Of a stretch of 64,000 nucleotides of DNA, positions 1-13,102 are shown one piece after another. This stretch comes from Octopus sinensis. Lineage: Eukaryota. The notes beneath the pieces are model-generated. The model saw only the letters and a program-made list of their open reading frames with translations, did no database searches and was not told where the DNA came from. The position numbers and the translations under genes were made by a program. The stretch is taken from assembly GCF_006345805.1 (NCBI RefSeq), contig NC_043000.1:79980001-80044000 (forward strand), written 5' to 3'. The number at the start of each line of letters is the position of its first letter. The stretch's first letter is position 1.

Positions 1-190
1 ATCTCTCTCCCATTTATAAACAACAAAAGATCTTGAGTAAGTTGAGAAAGAAAATATTTTTACGCTTTTTAAACCCCCTCGTCGTTATTCTCATTAACTC
101 ATTACTACTTTGTCCTTTCCTTTCACTTTCTCTCTATTACGTCGTTTGATAGCGACTACTATCTTTCCTCCGCCTCCTTCGACAGCGCTG

Positions 191-225
<35 letters not shown>

Positions 226-677
226 GTCTGTCTGCATTCATAGAAAGAATTATCATCGCCACCACAACACAATCATGAGAATCTTTCTCTCTATATAGAG
301 AGAGATGGGGAGAGAGAAAGTAATAATGAGTGAATGAGAATAACGACGAAGGTTTAAAAAGCGTAAAAATATTGAAGGCGGCGGAGGAAAGATAGTAGAC
401 GCTATCAAACGACGTTATAGAGAGAAAGTGAAAGGAAAGGAGGAAAGAGAGAGAGAGATGGAGAGAGACAGGCAGATAAGAGAATGAGAGTAGACTTGTC
501 TAAGTGTGCGTTTTTTGCCCTAGTAACCTTTTAAGATAGGGATTTCTAAGCTAGCTCACTGATATTCTCACCTCATTTTACATGTCCCTGTAAATTTTGG
601 AGTCAATCCGACGGGATCTAGTGCCCTTTAACCCGTTCCAATGCCAAAACCAGACAAACAAATTTTTGCAATTCAGA

Positions 678-734
<57 letters not shown>

Positions 735-771
735 ATATTATTATATATACATATACATTGACATACATATA

Positions 772-2046
772 TTGTGTTGTCCGGAAAGTTTGTGCCGATT
801 TATAGTAGCTTACCTTTAGACTTAGTTTAGAACATGGTTGAGTCCATAAAATAGGATTTGACTACACCGCCATTTAGAGCACAGTTTAAGCTATCTTTTC
901 GTGGAAGAAGGTTTATGTTCCTATAACCTGTGTTCAGTCTGTAACCCTTTAAAATGGAAGATGAGAAAATTCATTTTCGGCACTTGATGCTTTTCTTTTT
1001 CCGTAAAGAGAAAAATGCCTCACAAGCAACCGAAGAAATATGCTCAGTTTACAGTGATGTTTCTTTACCCGAAAGAACTGTATAGAAGTGATTCACAAGG
1101 TTCCAAGCTGGAGATTGTAGTCTTATTGATAAAGAGCGATTAGGCAGACCATCCACTACAGTTGATGACCAAATCAAGTCATTAATTGAGAATAACCTAC
1201 AGTACAGAATTGGCAGAAAACCTCAACCTATCAAAATCCGTCGTTCATGAACACCTGGCAAAGCTTGGGTACACAAATCGCTACGATGTTTGAGTACCAC
1301 ATGAGTTGAGTGAGAAGAAACTTTTGGATTGCATTTCCATCTGTGATTCACTTTATAAACGGAGTGAAAATGCACCTTTTTTAAAGCAAATTGTGAAAGG
1401 TGATGAGAAATGGATTATCTACCGAAATGTTCAGAGAAAGTGATCCTAGAGTAAGTGACATGAGCCACCCTTAGCCACCCCAAAAGCGAGTCTTCACCCT
1501 AAAAAAGTCTTGCTTTGTATCTGGTGGGATTGGAAAGGAATTCTGTTCTATGAGCTTCTCCCTTGTAACCAGACAATTAATTCTGAGAAATACTGCACAC
1601 AACTGACGTGTTAAAAGCAGCAGTTCAAGAGAAACGTCCAGAATTGGCCAACAGGAAGGGTGTTGTTTTCCAACATGATAACGCAAGACCACACGTTTCT
1701 CTGGGAATCAGACAAAAATTGCTACATCTTGGCTGGGATGCGTTACCCAACCCTCCATATTCACAAGATATTGCTCCTTTGGATTTCCACTTATTCAGGT
1801 TTCTGCAGAATAGTCTTAATGGTAAAAATTTCAACTCGTTGGATGATGTAAAATGATACCTTGATGAATTCTTTGCCATGAAACCACCTCAGATCTGGGA
1901 AGAGGGTATTTTCAAGTTAAAGGAAAGATGGAGACTACATTGTGCAACAAAATGGTTCATATTTGGTTGATTAAAAATGCAATGGCAAGTATCTATTGAC
2001 CTTTTTCTTTCTTTAAAAATCGGCACAAACTTACCAGACAACCCAA
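772..2046 (+). mobile_element. Full-length but disabled mariner (DD34D) DNA transposon
   Basis: Imperfect TIRs ttgtgttgtccggaaagtttgtgccgattt / aaatcggcacaaacttaccagacaacccaa, flanked by TA. Transposase remnant from ATG 954 (MEDEKIHFRHLML...) with GDEKW, HDNARPH and YSQDIAPLDF motifs; multiple stops and frameshifts. Confidence 0.92.
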
Positions 2047-2132
2047 TACATATATATATTTTATATATATATACATATATATATATATACATACATATAT
2101 ATATATATTATATATATACATAGATATATACA

Positions 2133-2700
2133 TCTCTTATTATAAAAGGCAGATTTTATCTGCCTCCCTTTGTCTCTTATAGAAATCTACAATATAGGAT
2201 TTCTTCAATTACAATTTACCTAGCATTTTTAAGAGTAGAATACATCGGGTGGTGCCAGGTCCAGTTTTAAAAATTTCAACCTCAATTAAGCAAAATTTCG
2301 AGAAAACTCACATTGTGGTGTGTAAGTGAAGTGCTTTTCTTAGTGTGGGCTACAGCACACACACACGCACACACACACAAACGGAGCGAACTGCTTCACT
2401 GATGCTATCACCCTAATTTCTCCTCCTTTCTCTTTGCAAGTGTGCAACGATTAAAGTGAAAGTATTTATATAAAACGAGAGAAGTGTACCTTAAACCACT
2501 ACTAAAAAAAAAAACAACACAGCAAACAGAAACAAATAAATACATAACGATTCACTCCTCACACAATTTCTTCAATTAGAGTTTACCTATGATTTTTCAA
2601 AGTACTTCCATTCGGTCATGGCATACAAAATTTCTTTCAATTTCACCCCCATTTCAGAAAAAATTCGAGAAAACTAAATATTTTACCATTTCACTCTTTC
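2133..2700 (+). repeat. Interspersed repeat, probably a non-autonomous Helitron-like element; second copy reverse-complemented at about 14700-14904
   Basis: Starts A|TCTCTTATTATAAAAGGCAG; the same sequence occurs inverted ending near 14904. The 3' end was not resolved. Confidence 0.45.
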
Positions 2701-2904
2701 ACTCTGCATTCCCACTTCCTCTTTACACACATAGACACGCAAATATATAAATAAAATTGTAAGCTAACGTGTGTGTGTGTGTGTGTGCGTGTGTGTGAGT
2801 GTGTGTGTGTGTGTGTGTGTGCGTGTGTGTGAGTGTGTGTGTGTGTGTGTGTGAGGGTGCGTGTGTGTGTGTGTGTGTGTGCGTGTGTGTGAGTGTGTGA
2901 CAGG

Positions 2905-3420
2905 AAAGTTTTTTAGGACGAATATAAGATCTAAAGTATATCCAAGTAGCAGAAAGATCGCCCAAAAGTGTATATAGATATTTAAATGTATTTATATATT
3001 CATCTATACACAGATGTATGTATAATATGTGTGTATATATTTCCATAGACGTAACCATTCACTCTGCACAAAGTTTTTTAGGACGAAAATAAGATCTAAA
3101 GTTATCTCTAAGTAGCACAAAGATCGCCCAAAAGTGTATATAGATATATAAATGTATTTATATATTCATCTATGCACACCTGTATGTATAACGTGTGTGT
3201 ATATATTTCCATAGAGGTAACCATTCACTCCATACAAAGTTTTTTAGGACGAAAATAAGATCTAAAGTTATCTCTAAGAAACAGAAAGATCGCCCAAAAG
3301 TGTATATAGATATTAAATGTATTTATATTCATCTATACACACATGTATGTATAATGTGCGTGTATATATTTCCATAGAGGTAACCATTCAATCCATACAA
3401 AGTTTTTTAGGACGAAAATA
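2905..3420. repeat. Minisatellite, three units of about 165 bp plus a partial fourth
   Basis: Unit start aaagttttttaggacga at 2905, 3070, 3236 and 3399; the last unit is cut by the Helitron start at 3421. Confidence 0.9.
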
Positions 3421-3933
3421 TCTATATATATAAAACTGTAGTTGTGTGAGTGTCTGTCCCCTTCGATTTAGATTCCTAACTACTCCCACATTTTGCGGTG
3501 CAGTTTAACCAAATTCGGGTATCTTATAGTCGTGATTTATATCGAGCCCGTCTGGGTATTAGCGCGCGTCTACGATGAGTCTACGGTTTTAAAAATAATT
3601 TAACATCATTTTTTATTCCATTTTAATGCATAATTTTTCGTGTGTTGATGGCGGCGGAGTTGGCGTCCACGCTCACATCTGCACCTGTTTGCTTCTCCCC
3701 CTTCTTCCCTCCCTCGTGAAGCTGTGGGGAAGGAAGTGTAAGGAAATCAACGTCGTAAAGCGTTGTCAAGGAGACCAACGTTCTTTTAGAACAACGACTT
3801 CATGGCTTGAAGACACCGAAACAGAAATGGCTAAGAAAGCCCGAATTGGCATCTATAAGGGAAGTAACACTCTAAAAATGCTTATATAGTTATTTCCCTT
3901 ACAAACCCGAGCAACGCCGGGCGATACTGCTAG
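3421..3933 (+). mobile_element. Non-autonomous Helitron
   Basis: 5' A|TCTATATATATAAAA; 3' hairpin CCCGAGCAACGCCGGG followed by CTAG|T (3930-3933). Near-identical inverted copy at 13103-13740. Confidence 0.85.
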
Positions 3934-4776
3934 TTTATATATAAAAGAAAGGTTGTGTCTGTCTACTCCGATTTAAATTCCTAACTACTCCCACATTTTG
4001 CGATGCAGTTTAACCAAAACCGGGTATCTTATAGTCGTGATTCATATCGAGCCCTTCTGGGTATTAGCGCGCGTCTATGATGAGTCTATGATTTTACAAA
4101 TAATTTACCATCATTTTTTTCCATTTTAATGCATATTTTTTTTAATAAAGGGAAGTAACTCTCAAGCTTCACACCAATATGCGTGCTCATATGCGACGTA
4201 ATATCACATCAGCAGCATTTCCTCACACCCTCCTTGCACTTGGCGAAGGCAAAATACCAGGAGATGAAAATGGTAATATTGCCATCGATTCCATTTGTAC
4301 CATTGTTAAGACGCCTTCTGATCTCAGAGATGCAGTGTTCCCAGATCTACAAGCTAATTATCAGAATATGGATTGGATTGGCAAAAAGGCTATACTGGAC
4401 CCGAGGAATAAAACTGTTCACCATATTAATGATGAAATGCTAAAACTCATTCCTGGGGAAGTCTATGTATATCAGTCTATCGATACAACTCCTGACCCAG
4501 AGGACGTCATCAACTATCCAATAGAGGTACTCAATTCCTTTGAGCACCCCGGACTACCACCACACTTTCTCAAACTTAAAGTTGGTGCCCCTATAATGCT
4601 CATCAGAAATTTGGTTCCCCCAAAACAATGCAATGGCACACGCTTGATCGTTAAGTCCTTATCTCCCACCGTAAACTTATATCAATATTTGCCTGAATAC
4701 TCATCATAATTCAGTGCAATCATTAACAGTACTTTCAAGCAATTCAGCCCCGAGCAACGCCGGGCAATTCTGCTAG
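3934..4776 (+). mobile_element. Helitron deletion derivative carrying a RepHel PIF1-helicase fragment
   Basis: 5' region homologous to the 3421 element; same hairpin plus CTAG|T end (4773-4776); contains ORF 4179-4709. Confidence 0.85.
4179..4709 (+). pseudogene. PIF1-like helicase fragment of Helitron RepHel (2B region)
   Basis: Motifs AILDPRNKTVHHIN, YPIEVLNSFEHPGLPPHFLKLKVGAPIMLIRNL and CNGTRLIV; truncated at both ends. Confidence 0.9.
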
Positions 4777-4831
4777 TATATATATACATAGACATATATA
4801 TATACATACATATATATTATATACATACATA

Positions 4832-4917
<86 letters not shown>

Positions 4918-4921
4918 TATA

Positions 4922-4956
<35 letters not shown>

Positions 4957-5297
4957 TATTGATACACACACACACACACATATGTACACACAAATTTATT
5001 GATATATATATGCTTTCAACGTGAATGGTTTTTAATATGGTGCTGAGTTTACAATCCTGTAAATAATAATAATGGTATTTTTATATAAGCTTAAAGCTTA
5101 TGGCAATCACCATGCAATGATTAAGGCAAATAATCTAATATAGGAGCATATTAGCCCTTGACAGAAAAAAGAAGGCTTTCCTATCTGCGTGGGAGTTGAA
5201 CCCGCATCCCTTTGTTAAAGCAACTGTGTTACTATATATATACATATATATATTGATATATGTATATATTGATATATATATATATATATATATATAT

Positions 5298-5691
5298 AGG
5301 CGCAGGTGTGGCTGTGTGGTAAGTAGCTTGCTTACGAACCACATGGTTTCGGGTTCAGTCCCACTGCGTGGCACCTTGGGCAAGTGTCTTCTGCTATAGC
5401 CTCGGGCCGACCAAAGCCTTGTGAGTGGATATAGTAGACGGAAACTGACAGAAGCCTTTCGTATATCTGTATATATATATATGTATGTGCGTGTATATGT
5501 TTGTGTGTCTGTGTCCCCTAGCATTGCTTGACAACCGATGCTGGTGTGTTTACCGTAACTTAGTGGTTCAGCAAAAGAGACTGATAGAATAAGTACTGGG
5601 CTTACAAAGAATAAATCCCGGGGTCGATTTGCTCGGCTAAAGGCAGTGCTCCAGCATGGCTGCAGTCAAATGACTGAAACAAGTAAAAGAG
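5298..5691 (+). mobile_element. tRNA-derived SINE (octopus OK/OR-type)
   Basis: Head AGGCGCAGGTGTGGCTGTGTGG with A-box and B-box GGTTCAGTCCC, internal (TA)/(TG) tract, tail GACTGAAACAAGTAAAAGA. Many copies in the window. Confidence 0.85.
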
Positions 5692-6410
5692 TATATATAT
5701 GTATACATATATATATATATCTATATTTGACATATATATTGATATATATAAATACATACACATATGCACAGACACACACTCGTATACATATACATACACA
5801 CACCTACATTCTTGCATGTATCCATATAGAGACACACACACAAACACCCCACACACTCACATACAACCATATATATCCATTATCGTTATCAAAAGTAAAT
5901 GACTTAACTACACTAGCATAATGACATTTTGTCTTCTGGGAAATTATTTTCTGCTTGTTTACTATTACTTTGTTTATTATATTAGGAGGCCTATAGTATA
6001 CTAGCACAATATCTGCCCAATCTGATGGGATTTATTTTTGTCTCCTTTCCGTAATTCTTTATTTTTCTGCTTCCAGCTATGTACATAAAATTGTAAGTAT
6101 GCAGGAATGTCTCCAATATACGAGCAAATTTGTTCCCAGAGACTGCCCGTAAAGCAAAAAACTCATAAAGCAGAACAAAATTTCCTGTAGTAGCAATGCT
6201 GTAAATCATAATTCATTCCTAGAAAAGTATTTTACCGATAAAATTTTTAACACTTGTAAACAAACACCAATAAAACAACAGTAGAATGTATAGAATTGTT
6301 TATGTAATGTAAAAAGAATATCAAGATCATTTATAATAAAAAATATTATTATTATAATCATTTTCTGAATCACTTTCACTTGCACTAGACTCACACACAC
6401 CATCACTTAC

Positions 6411-6600
6411 AGATGTGATCACTGATTCACAAGCATTGGAAGATGAACTTGAAGATTTCTTTTTAAAAAACAAGTCTAGAGTTGTTTGCTTAAAAAGAAG
6501 CTTTTTTTTTACTCTATAAATTTCTCGGCAACATGCAGAAGCATTTTATATGATTGTAGAAACTTTTGCTCTTCATTCAAAATTTGAATCTTGCACTTGA
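6411..6600 (-). mobile_element. pogo/Tigger-like transposase C-terminal remnant
   Basis: Minus-strand translation QDSNFE*RAKVSTII*NASACCREIYRVKKKLLFKQTTLDLFFKK resembles the pogo/Tigger C-terminus ending in a KQTTLDxFF motif. Confidence 0.55.
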
Positions 6601-7030
6601 AAAATAAAACTCATAAGCCTGGTGTTTTGAAAGCAGGTCCTTGTAAAGTGAGGTATTACTCTGTGAGTGTATATGTGCATGTATGGTATGACCCTCTGCC
6701 TCCACTTTCTGTGTGGACTACATCAGCTACCAGCTGCTTTCTCTCTCTTCCACTTCTCTCAGCACTTTTATCTTTTATCTGTTTCAGTCATTAGACTGTG
6801 CCCGTGTTGGGGCACCACCTTGAAGAACTTTTAGTCAAATGAATCGCCCCCCCCACCAGTACTTATTCATTTTCTTTTTTAAGCCTGGTACTTATTCTAT
6901 CAGTCTCATTTTGCTGAACCACTAAGTTATGGGGGCATAAACAAATCAACACTAGTTCTAAAGCTGTGTTGGGGGACAAACACAGACATAAAGATAAACA
7001 TATGCACACAAACACACACACACACACATG

Positions 7031-7800
7031 TACAACTGGCTGCCAACAGCCTGCGTTGCCATCGTCCTGCTGAAGGGCCTGTCCTCACTGCCTGCCACCA
7101 TCAGGCACCACCACAGTGGGCTACACAGCACCGACATTGGTGGCATCAACAATGAAGGTCGATAGTCTTCTCTGATGAGAGCTGGTACTGTGTTTCCACC
7201 TTGGATGGCAGAGTGAGGGTGTGGTGTAGGAGGGGTGAACGCTACAGAGATGCATGTGCTATGGAGAGAGACACGTGGTGGGGCCAAAAATCATGGTTTG
7301 GGGTGCTATAGGCCTGAATCAGAGAATTGGCCCCATGTATTCCAAAATGTTGGTGCAGGCAGAGGAAATGGCATCACAGTACAATGCTACATTGACCAGA
7401 TCCTAAGACCTCACATCATGCCCTTCTTCATGTGTCACCATAGCCACATGTTCCAGCAGGACAATGCTCCCTCCCACACGGCCAGGGTCACCATGGACTT
7501 CCTGCATTAGCACAACATCAGAACCATGCCATGGCCGGTTCTCAGCCCAGATTTGAACTCAATTGAACATCTATGGGTTGAAATCCAGAGACAGCTGAAC
7601 CAGGTGGTCTCAAGGCAGACAACTTGTGTGGAATTGGAGGGTAGCTTTCCTCAGGGTGTGGGCACAAGTGTCAATGGCTTTTGTGAACTGCCTCATGCAC
7701 TCCATGTACCAATGGTGTATGGCCGTTTTGAACACCCAGGGAGGGCATACACGGTATTGAAACTGTCATGTCCTACAATCTCGATGTGCTGGATCTGCCC
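7031..7800 (+). mobile_element. Tc1-family transposase fragment (decayed)
   Basis: MFQQDNAPSHTARVT and MPWPVLSPDLNSIEHLW (DD34E region), with stops. Confidence 0.85.
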
Positions 7801-7934
7801 ACTACCAGAACTCATGACAACAACCCATACACTGTGGTCAAAGTGCATCGAAGAAATTGACTTTATCAGATTTATCAAAATTTATCTCTGACATAATGAA
7901 ATAAAAACATATTTCACAGTCACACACGTCTCAC

Positions 7935-8833
7935 ATTTCTTTTGCAGTTTAGTGTATGGGGATTGGACAATAAGGCTTCAGAAATTCTGAGCCAGAGACT
8001 ACAGCCTAGAAGATGAGCCTTATCCTGGAAGATCTGTAGAGCTTGATGAGGATGTCCTGCAAACCCGGGTGGAGCAAAATCACATTGTAACTGTTGAGGA
8101 ACTAGCTTGGATTTAGTCATTCATCCAGTCACTGACACTTGTGTGCCATCAGAAAAGTCAGCAAATTGGATCAATGGGTTCCTCACAAACTTTCTGAGTC
8201 TAATCACGCTGTCACATCTCATGAATGAACCTTTTTTGAACTGAATAGTGACTGATGACAAGAAATAGGTTCTCTATAAAAAAAGTGCTGAAGTCAGTAG
8301 GTAGGAAAAGGAGAAATACTGGCACCCCAGACTAAAGAAGGTCTTCACCCATGCAAGGTGTTGTTATCTGTTTGGTGGTATATGAAAGTTTTAGTCCACT
8401 TTGAACTATTAAACCCAAAACAAATGCTAACAAAGGAGATCTAGGGCAAGCAGCTTGAGTCAGTGCTAGAAGAAAAACAACCATCTTTGGTTTCAAGATG
8501 GCAGGTGTTCTTCCATTAGAATCATGCTCAGTCACATACAGTGAGGATGACATTCTAAAGTTTGGAGCAGTTTGAATGGGAAACGATGCCCTATCCACCA
8601 CTTTCACCAGACATTGCTCCATCTGATTATCATTTATTCTGCAGTCTTCAAAATCATTTGAATGGAAAAAAATATGAATTCTGTAGATGAGGTTAGAACA
8701 ATACTGGAGGAGTGTTTTTCATCACTGATAAGTGAGTTTTGGAAGTCAACCAGATTGATGGAAGAGCATTGTAGAAAATGAAGGAAAGTATATTTTAGAT
8801 TAAAAAAACTGCATTATTTATGGGATGACCCAA
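7935..8833 (+). mobile_element. Mariner, 5'-truncated and decayed
   Basis: Remnant LHPCKVLLSVWW and YPPLSPDIAPSDY motifs; 3' TIR gcattatttatgggatgacccaa|ta. Related fragment inverted at about 13790-14130. Confidence 0.75.
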
Positions 8834-10492
8834 TATATATATAATATATATATAACCAAAATAAGCAACAGGATATCAAGAGGTGATGTAGTACGACCGT
8901 TTCAAGCGGCTCCATTTAATTGAATAATACAATCATTACATCAATTTAAATGCAGGGCTATCCTCAGCTGCATAAATAAATAGAATTTTTAATCAGTTGG
9001 ACACATTAATATAATTTTATTCAAATTCTCTAATAGAGCAAGAAGAGGGAAAGAGTTCATATTGCTACTAATGTAATTAAGAATATACTACACTTCTAAG
9101 AACTGTATGAAGTTTTTTTATTAGGGTCAAACCTTGTAAAGGATTGTGGTTCATTTTTAATTTGTTAGTCCTTTTTTATCAACTACCAAATCTAAGGCTA
9201 GAGGACAGTGTCTATTTAGAAAGTAGGGTAGGAGTGAGTTGATAGTTTATAGTTAGGTATGGTCATAAATATTGTTAGGATTTTAGGATTTGTGTAAGTA
9301 ACTGTCTATAAAGGATGCTGGGCAGGGGAAGACCCCAAATCAAGATGTTAATTACCAGTTAAAGGGGCAAGATGCTAATAAAATGTATGATGTTAATACA
9401 GAGGAAATTATCTTGGGATACTATGGATGATTGTATATAAACAACTTTGTTATGTTGTATGAAGATAAAATTTAAGATTACTAAAAATGATATTATAACC
9501 AGAATAGATAAACTGTGTATATACACCAATTTTCAACATTAGAAAGGGAAGATTACATAGAATTAGTTTAATATTTATTCCTGTACTCAATTATTTACTT
9601 ATTAGGTGGTTTCTATAAAGATTGCTCTGGGTATTTACTTATGGAATACTGGGGCAATAAATCATGCTATCTTTATAATAATTATAAGCTAAGAATCAGA
9701 AAAATAAGTTGTGCACAGATACATACGCATATTTAACTATGTGCACACATGCAAATATACACAAATATTTGTACTTTATTATGGGTATGTTGTAATCGAC
9801 TCTCATAGACTAGAAAGTTTATATCTCTCTTTAAGAATATTAATAACTTATAAGAGATAAGAGGTTAATAGGTAATGGTATCAAAATAAGAAAACAAAAG
9901 AATAAGAAATTATAGAGAATAGTAATAAAATATATATAGCTTATTATATATAATACTAGGGCATAAGTTCACATCAGATATAACACTAAAAATTAATTTC
10001 CCTTATCCAGGTTCAGTTGTAGCACCTTTAAATGCTAATTTTGAAAATATTTAAATGTATGGGTGACACTATGTATACATTAAGTCTAATCTATTTTTAA
10101 TCAAGTTACCCTTGTTCCTATACTTAAAGTTTCCATAGTATAGTTTCATAAGTTTCCATAGGGCACAGCTCGCACCCATATCAACTAGGTCTATAAGGCT
10201 GCGCTTTCCTTATAATATCCCATTTAAGGCTAAATTCGATTCCACTTTCCTTCAGTTCCCAAATCTTGCTAGATAAGGACATACAATTGGTTTTATGTTT
10301 GAGCCTCTAAAAGATGAAAAATTGTTATTAATACATCGTGACATATATTTGCCATTTAAATATGGCTAACCCCTAAGGGTGGATGCTACTGTAGTTTGTA
10401 GCCCCAGGAGGACACCTCCTCCAGCTGGCTATAGACACACTTTCTGTGCCCTATCAGTATTTGCAGAGGGAAGCTATCCTTCCCGTATGATA

Positions 10493-10537
10493 CATACGGA
10501 CTCGAGTTTCTGGGTATTGACCCATCATCGGCGTGTG
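10493..10537 (-). ncRNA. Minimal type I hammerhead ribozyme motif (CCGAUGA core variant)
   Basis: Minus strand: CACACG-CCGAUGA-UGGGU caau ACCCA-GAAACUC GAGUC^CGUAUG; palindromic stem III. Confidence 0.7.
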
Positions 10538-10665
10538 ACAATCACAGTTGTCGATGAATTTATTATTGCTTGTTTACACTTTTTCGATATCAGTGTCTTT
10601 ATGATACTGGAAAAAGTATATGTATTTGTGAAGGGAACCTACTTTTCATCGACAACTGTGATTGT

Positions 10666-10710
10666 CACACGCCGATGACGGGTCAATATCCAGAAACTCG
10701 AGTCCGTGTG
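10666..10710 (+). ncRNA. Minimal type I hammerhead ribozyme motif (CCGAUGA core variant)
   Basis: CACACG-CCGAUGA-CGGGU caau AUCCA-GAAACUC GAGUC^CGUGUG; 6-bp stem I perfect; predicted cleavage after 10704. Confidence 0.7.
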
Positions 10711-12002
10711 TATCATAAGTTGGAGACGGGAAGGATGGCTTCCCTTTGCAAATACTGATAGGGCACAGAAAGTGTGTCTATAGCCAGCTGGAGGAGGTGT
10801 CCTCCCAGGGCTACAAACTATAGTAGCATCCACCCTTAGGGGTTAGCCATATTTAAATGGCAAATATACATCATGATGTGTTGGAGCTACTGTTTATAAC
10901 TCGCTCTAAGATTTATTACTGTTATTAATACGTTTTTTTCATATTTATTGAACATCCTATATATACAAAGTTACCAGCTACAGTTATGATTGTACACTTA
11001 TAGATTACATTTTGGATTAGATATCTGCCTAATAATGGACAGTGGATTTAACTCTACAATTGCAACTAGGAGAATTACTACTATTAATATTATTGATATT
11101 CATACCATTATTATTATTAATATCACTATTAATATTAACCCTACTACTACTATTGTATGTGTTATTTTCGTATCTGTTATTATCTCTCCATCCTTCAACT
11201 GTAGTATCATTCACATTCATTCCAGCATCATCAGGCGTATCAGTAATCCTCGTGCTAGCATAGACCTCAGAGCTACAGTCCATATTGTATATATTAGAAG
11301 CATTAGTACCACTGTTTCTATTTTCCATGTCACCATTAATATTATTATTCACATTGTAGGGGCTTAAGTTAGTATTGACATTAACATTATTATTATTACC
11401 ACCTCTTGCTAATTTAATATTCTTTCTATGTAACCCATTTTGGGGAGAGTAGAATATAAGATTCTGTTTTACAGGAAAAAAATTCTGTTATATCTATGGA
11501 AAGCAGGGAAGTTTTTTTTCTAAAATTGTCATAAATTTCCTATATATGTTTATGGATATGGCACAGTTGAAGGAAATGTTATACCAGATAAAGTCCTTAT
11601 TTTCAGACTAATGGCACATGTAAGGGTGGAATCTACCTGTTCTCTCAACATCTCACAAATTTGTGACATGATTATTGGGTATGTCTTTATTATCAGTATT
11701 TTTCATATCCTTATAGAGTAGAGCAACCTGTCCATTCCCTTCACTACCCTTATTATCTAAACTAAAATTCCTACTTGTTATAGCATCTAATTATTGGTTG
11801 TAGCTTATATTTTAATTTAAATTGATGGGTTTGCTAGATGCTTTTCTAGATGGTATGTTTTCCCGATCAAGTAAATTTGTAATGTCTCTATTATTTTGAT
11901 TTTATTCATCTTACTTTGAGTTGTACGGATAATACTGCATTGACTTAGTGCTTCAGCTTAAGTACCTAATTCAACTGAATCTCAATTATTTTTTATATAT
12001 AC

Positions 12003-12043
<41 letters not shown>

Positions 12044-12073
12044 TTGAGTTGTGGGGTATCACACGAGTGGAAT

Positions 12074-12644
<571 letters not shown>

Positions 12645-13102
12645 GGTAGATAGATAGAAGAGGGTCTATTTAATAGATCAAGTCATATCAAAGTGAAGCA
12701 CATCACATTTGATGGCCAAAAAGAATGACACAGACCAGTAGATAATCTACTGAGTTAGTGAGGAGGATTCATCAATGGAGGGAAGTTCACCGGTGTTTAG
12801 TAATCTGCAAATCCAAGAGTATTCAAAATAGAGTGGAACTTCAGTGTGGTTTAATATCATAACAAAAACAGATGAATGGATTATATGGTATTGCCACAAT
12901 GTTCCATTAAAGGCTTTTATTGTGACATAACATCATAAATGCAGGTATAAGATTATGCAATACATTACAATTAATCTCCCATAATTTCAGTGTCTATCAT
13001 AATGCAAATAGATGAGTAAATTTATATGCTATCAGACAACAAGTACAACAGCATATAATGATGCAATATAATCCATTTGTCTGCTTCTATTTTATATATA
13101 TA

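Larger units (their letters stand above)
10330..10882. repeat. Inverted repeat, arms about 230 bp (10330-10558, 10645-10882), 86-bp spacer
   Basis: Arms are reverse complements with few differences; each carries a hammerhead motif. Confidence 0.95.
10030..11950 (-). mobile_element. Decayed Penelope-like element (linker plus GIY-YIG endonuclease), interrupted by a fold-back element
   Basis: Minus-strand remnants: IWYNISFNCAISINIYRKF (linker), CNCRVKST/CPLLGRYLIQNVIYKCTIITVAGNFVYIGCS (GIY-YIG), LSSKIWELKESGIEFSLKWDIIRKAQPY..CELC (C-terminus). Frameshifted. Confidence 0.75.

Noticed and set aside
5165-5235. tRNA-like segment on the minus strand with B-box GGTTCAACTCCC
   Set aside because: No cloverleaf or acceptor stem; probably a SINE head remnant.
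6077-6092. 16-nt micro-exon candidate (ttccag|...|gtaagt)
   Set aside because: Good sites but no supporting neighbours or frame evidence, and it adjoins a transposon remnant.
8885-8995. Hammerhead-like CTGAGGA...GAAACGGTC on the minus strand
   Set aside because: Stem I cannot pair and stem II is weak; at best a decayed PLE tail.
11029-11352. 107-aa Asn-rich ORF as an independent gene
   Set aside because: Lies in frame context of the decayed PLE, directly before its CNCR/GIY-YIG motif; treated as a low-complexity part of that element.
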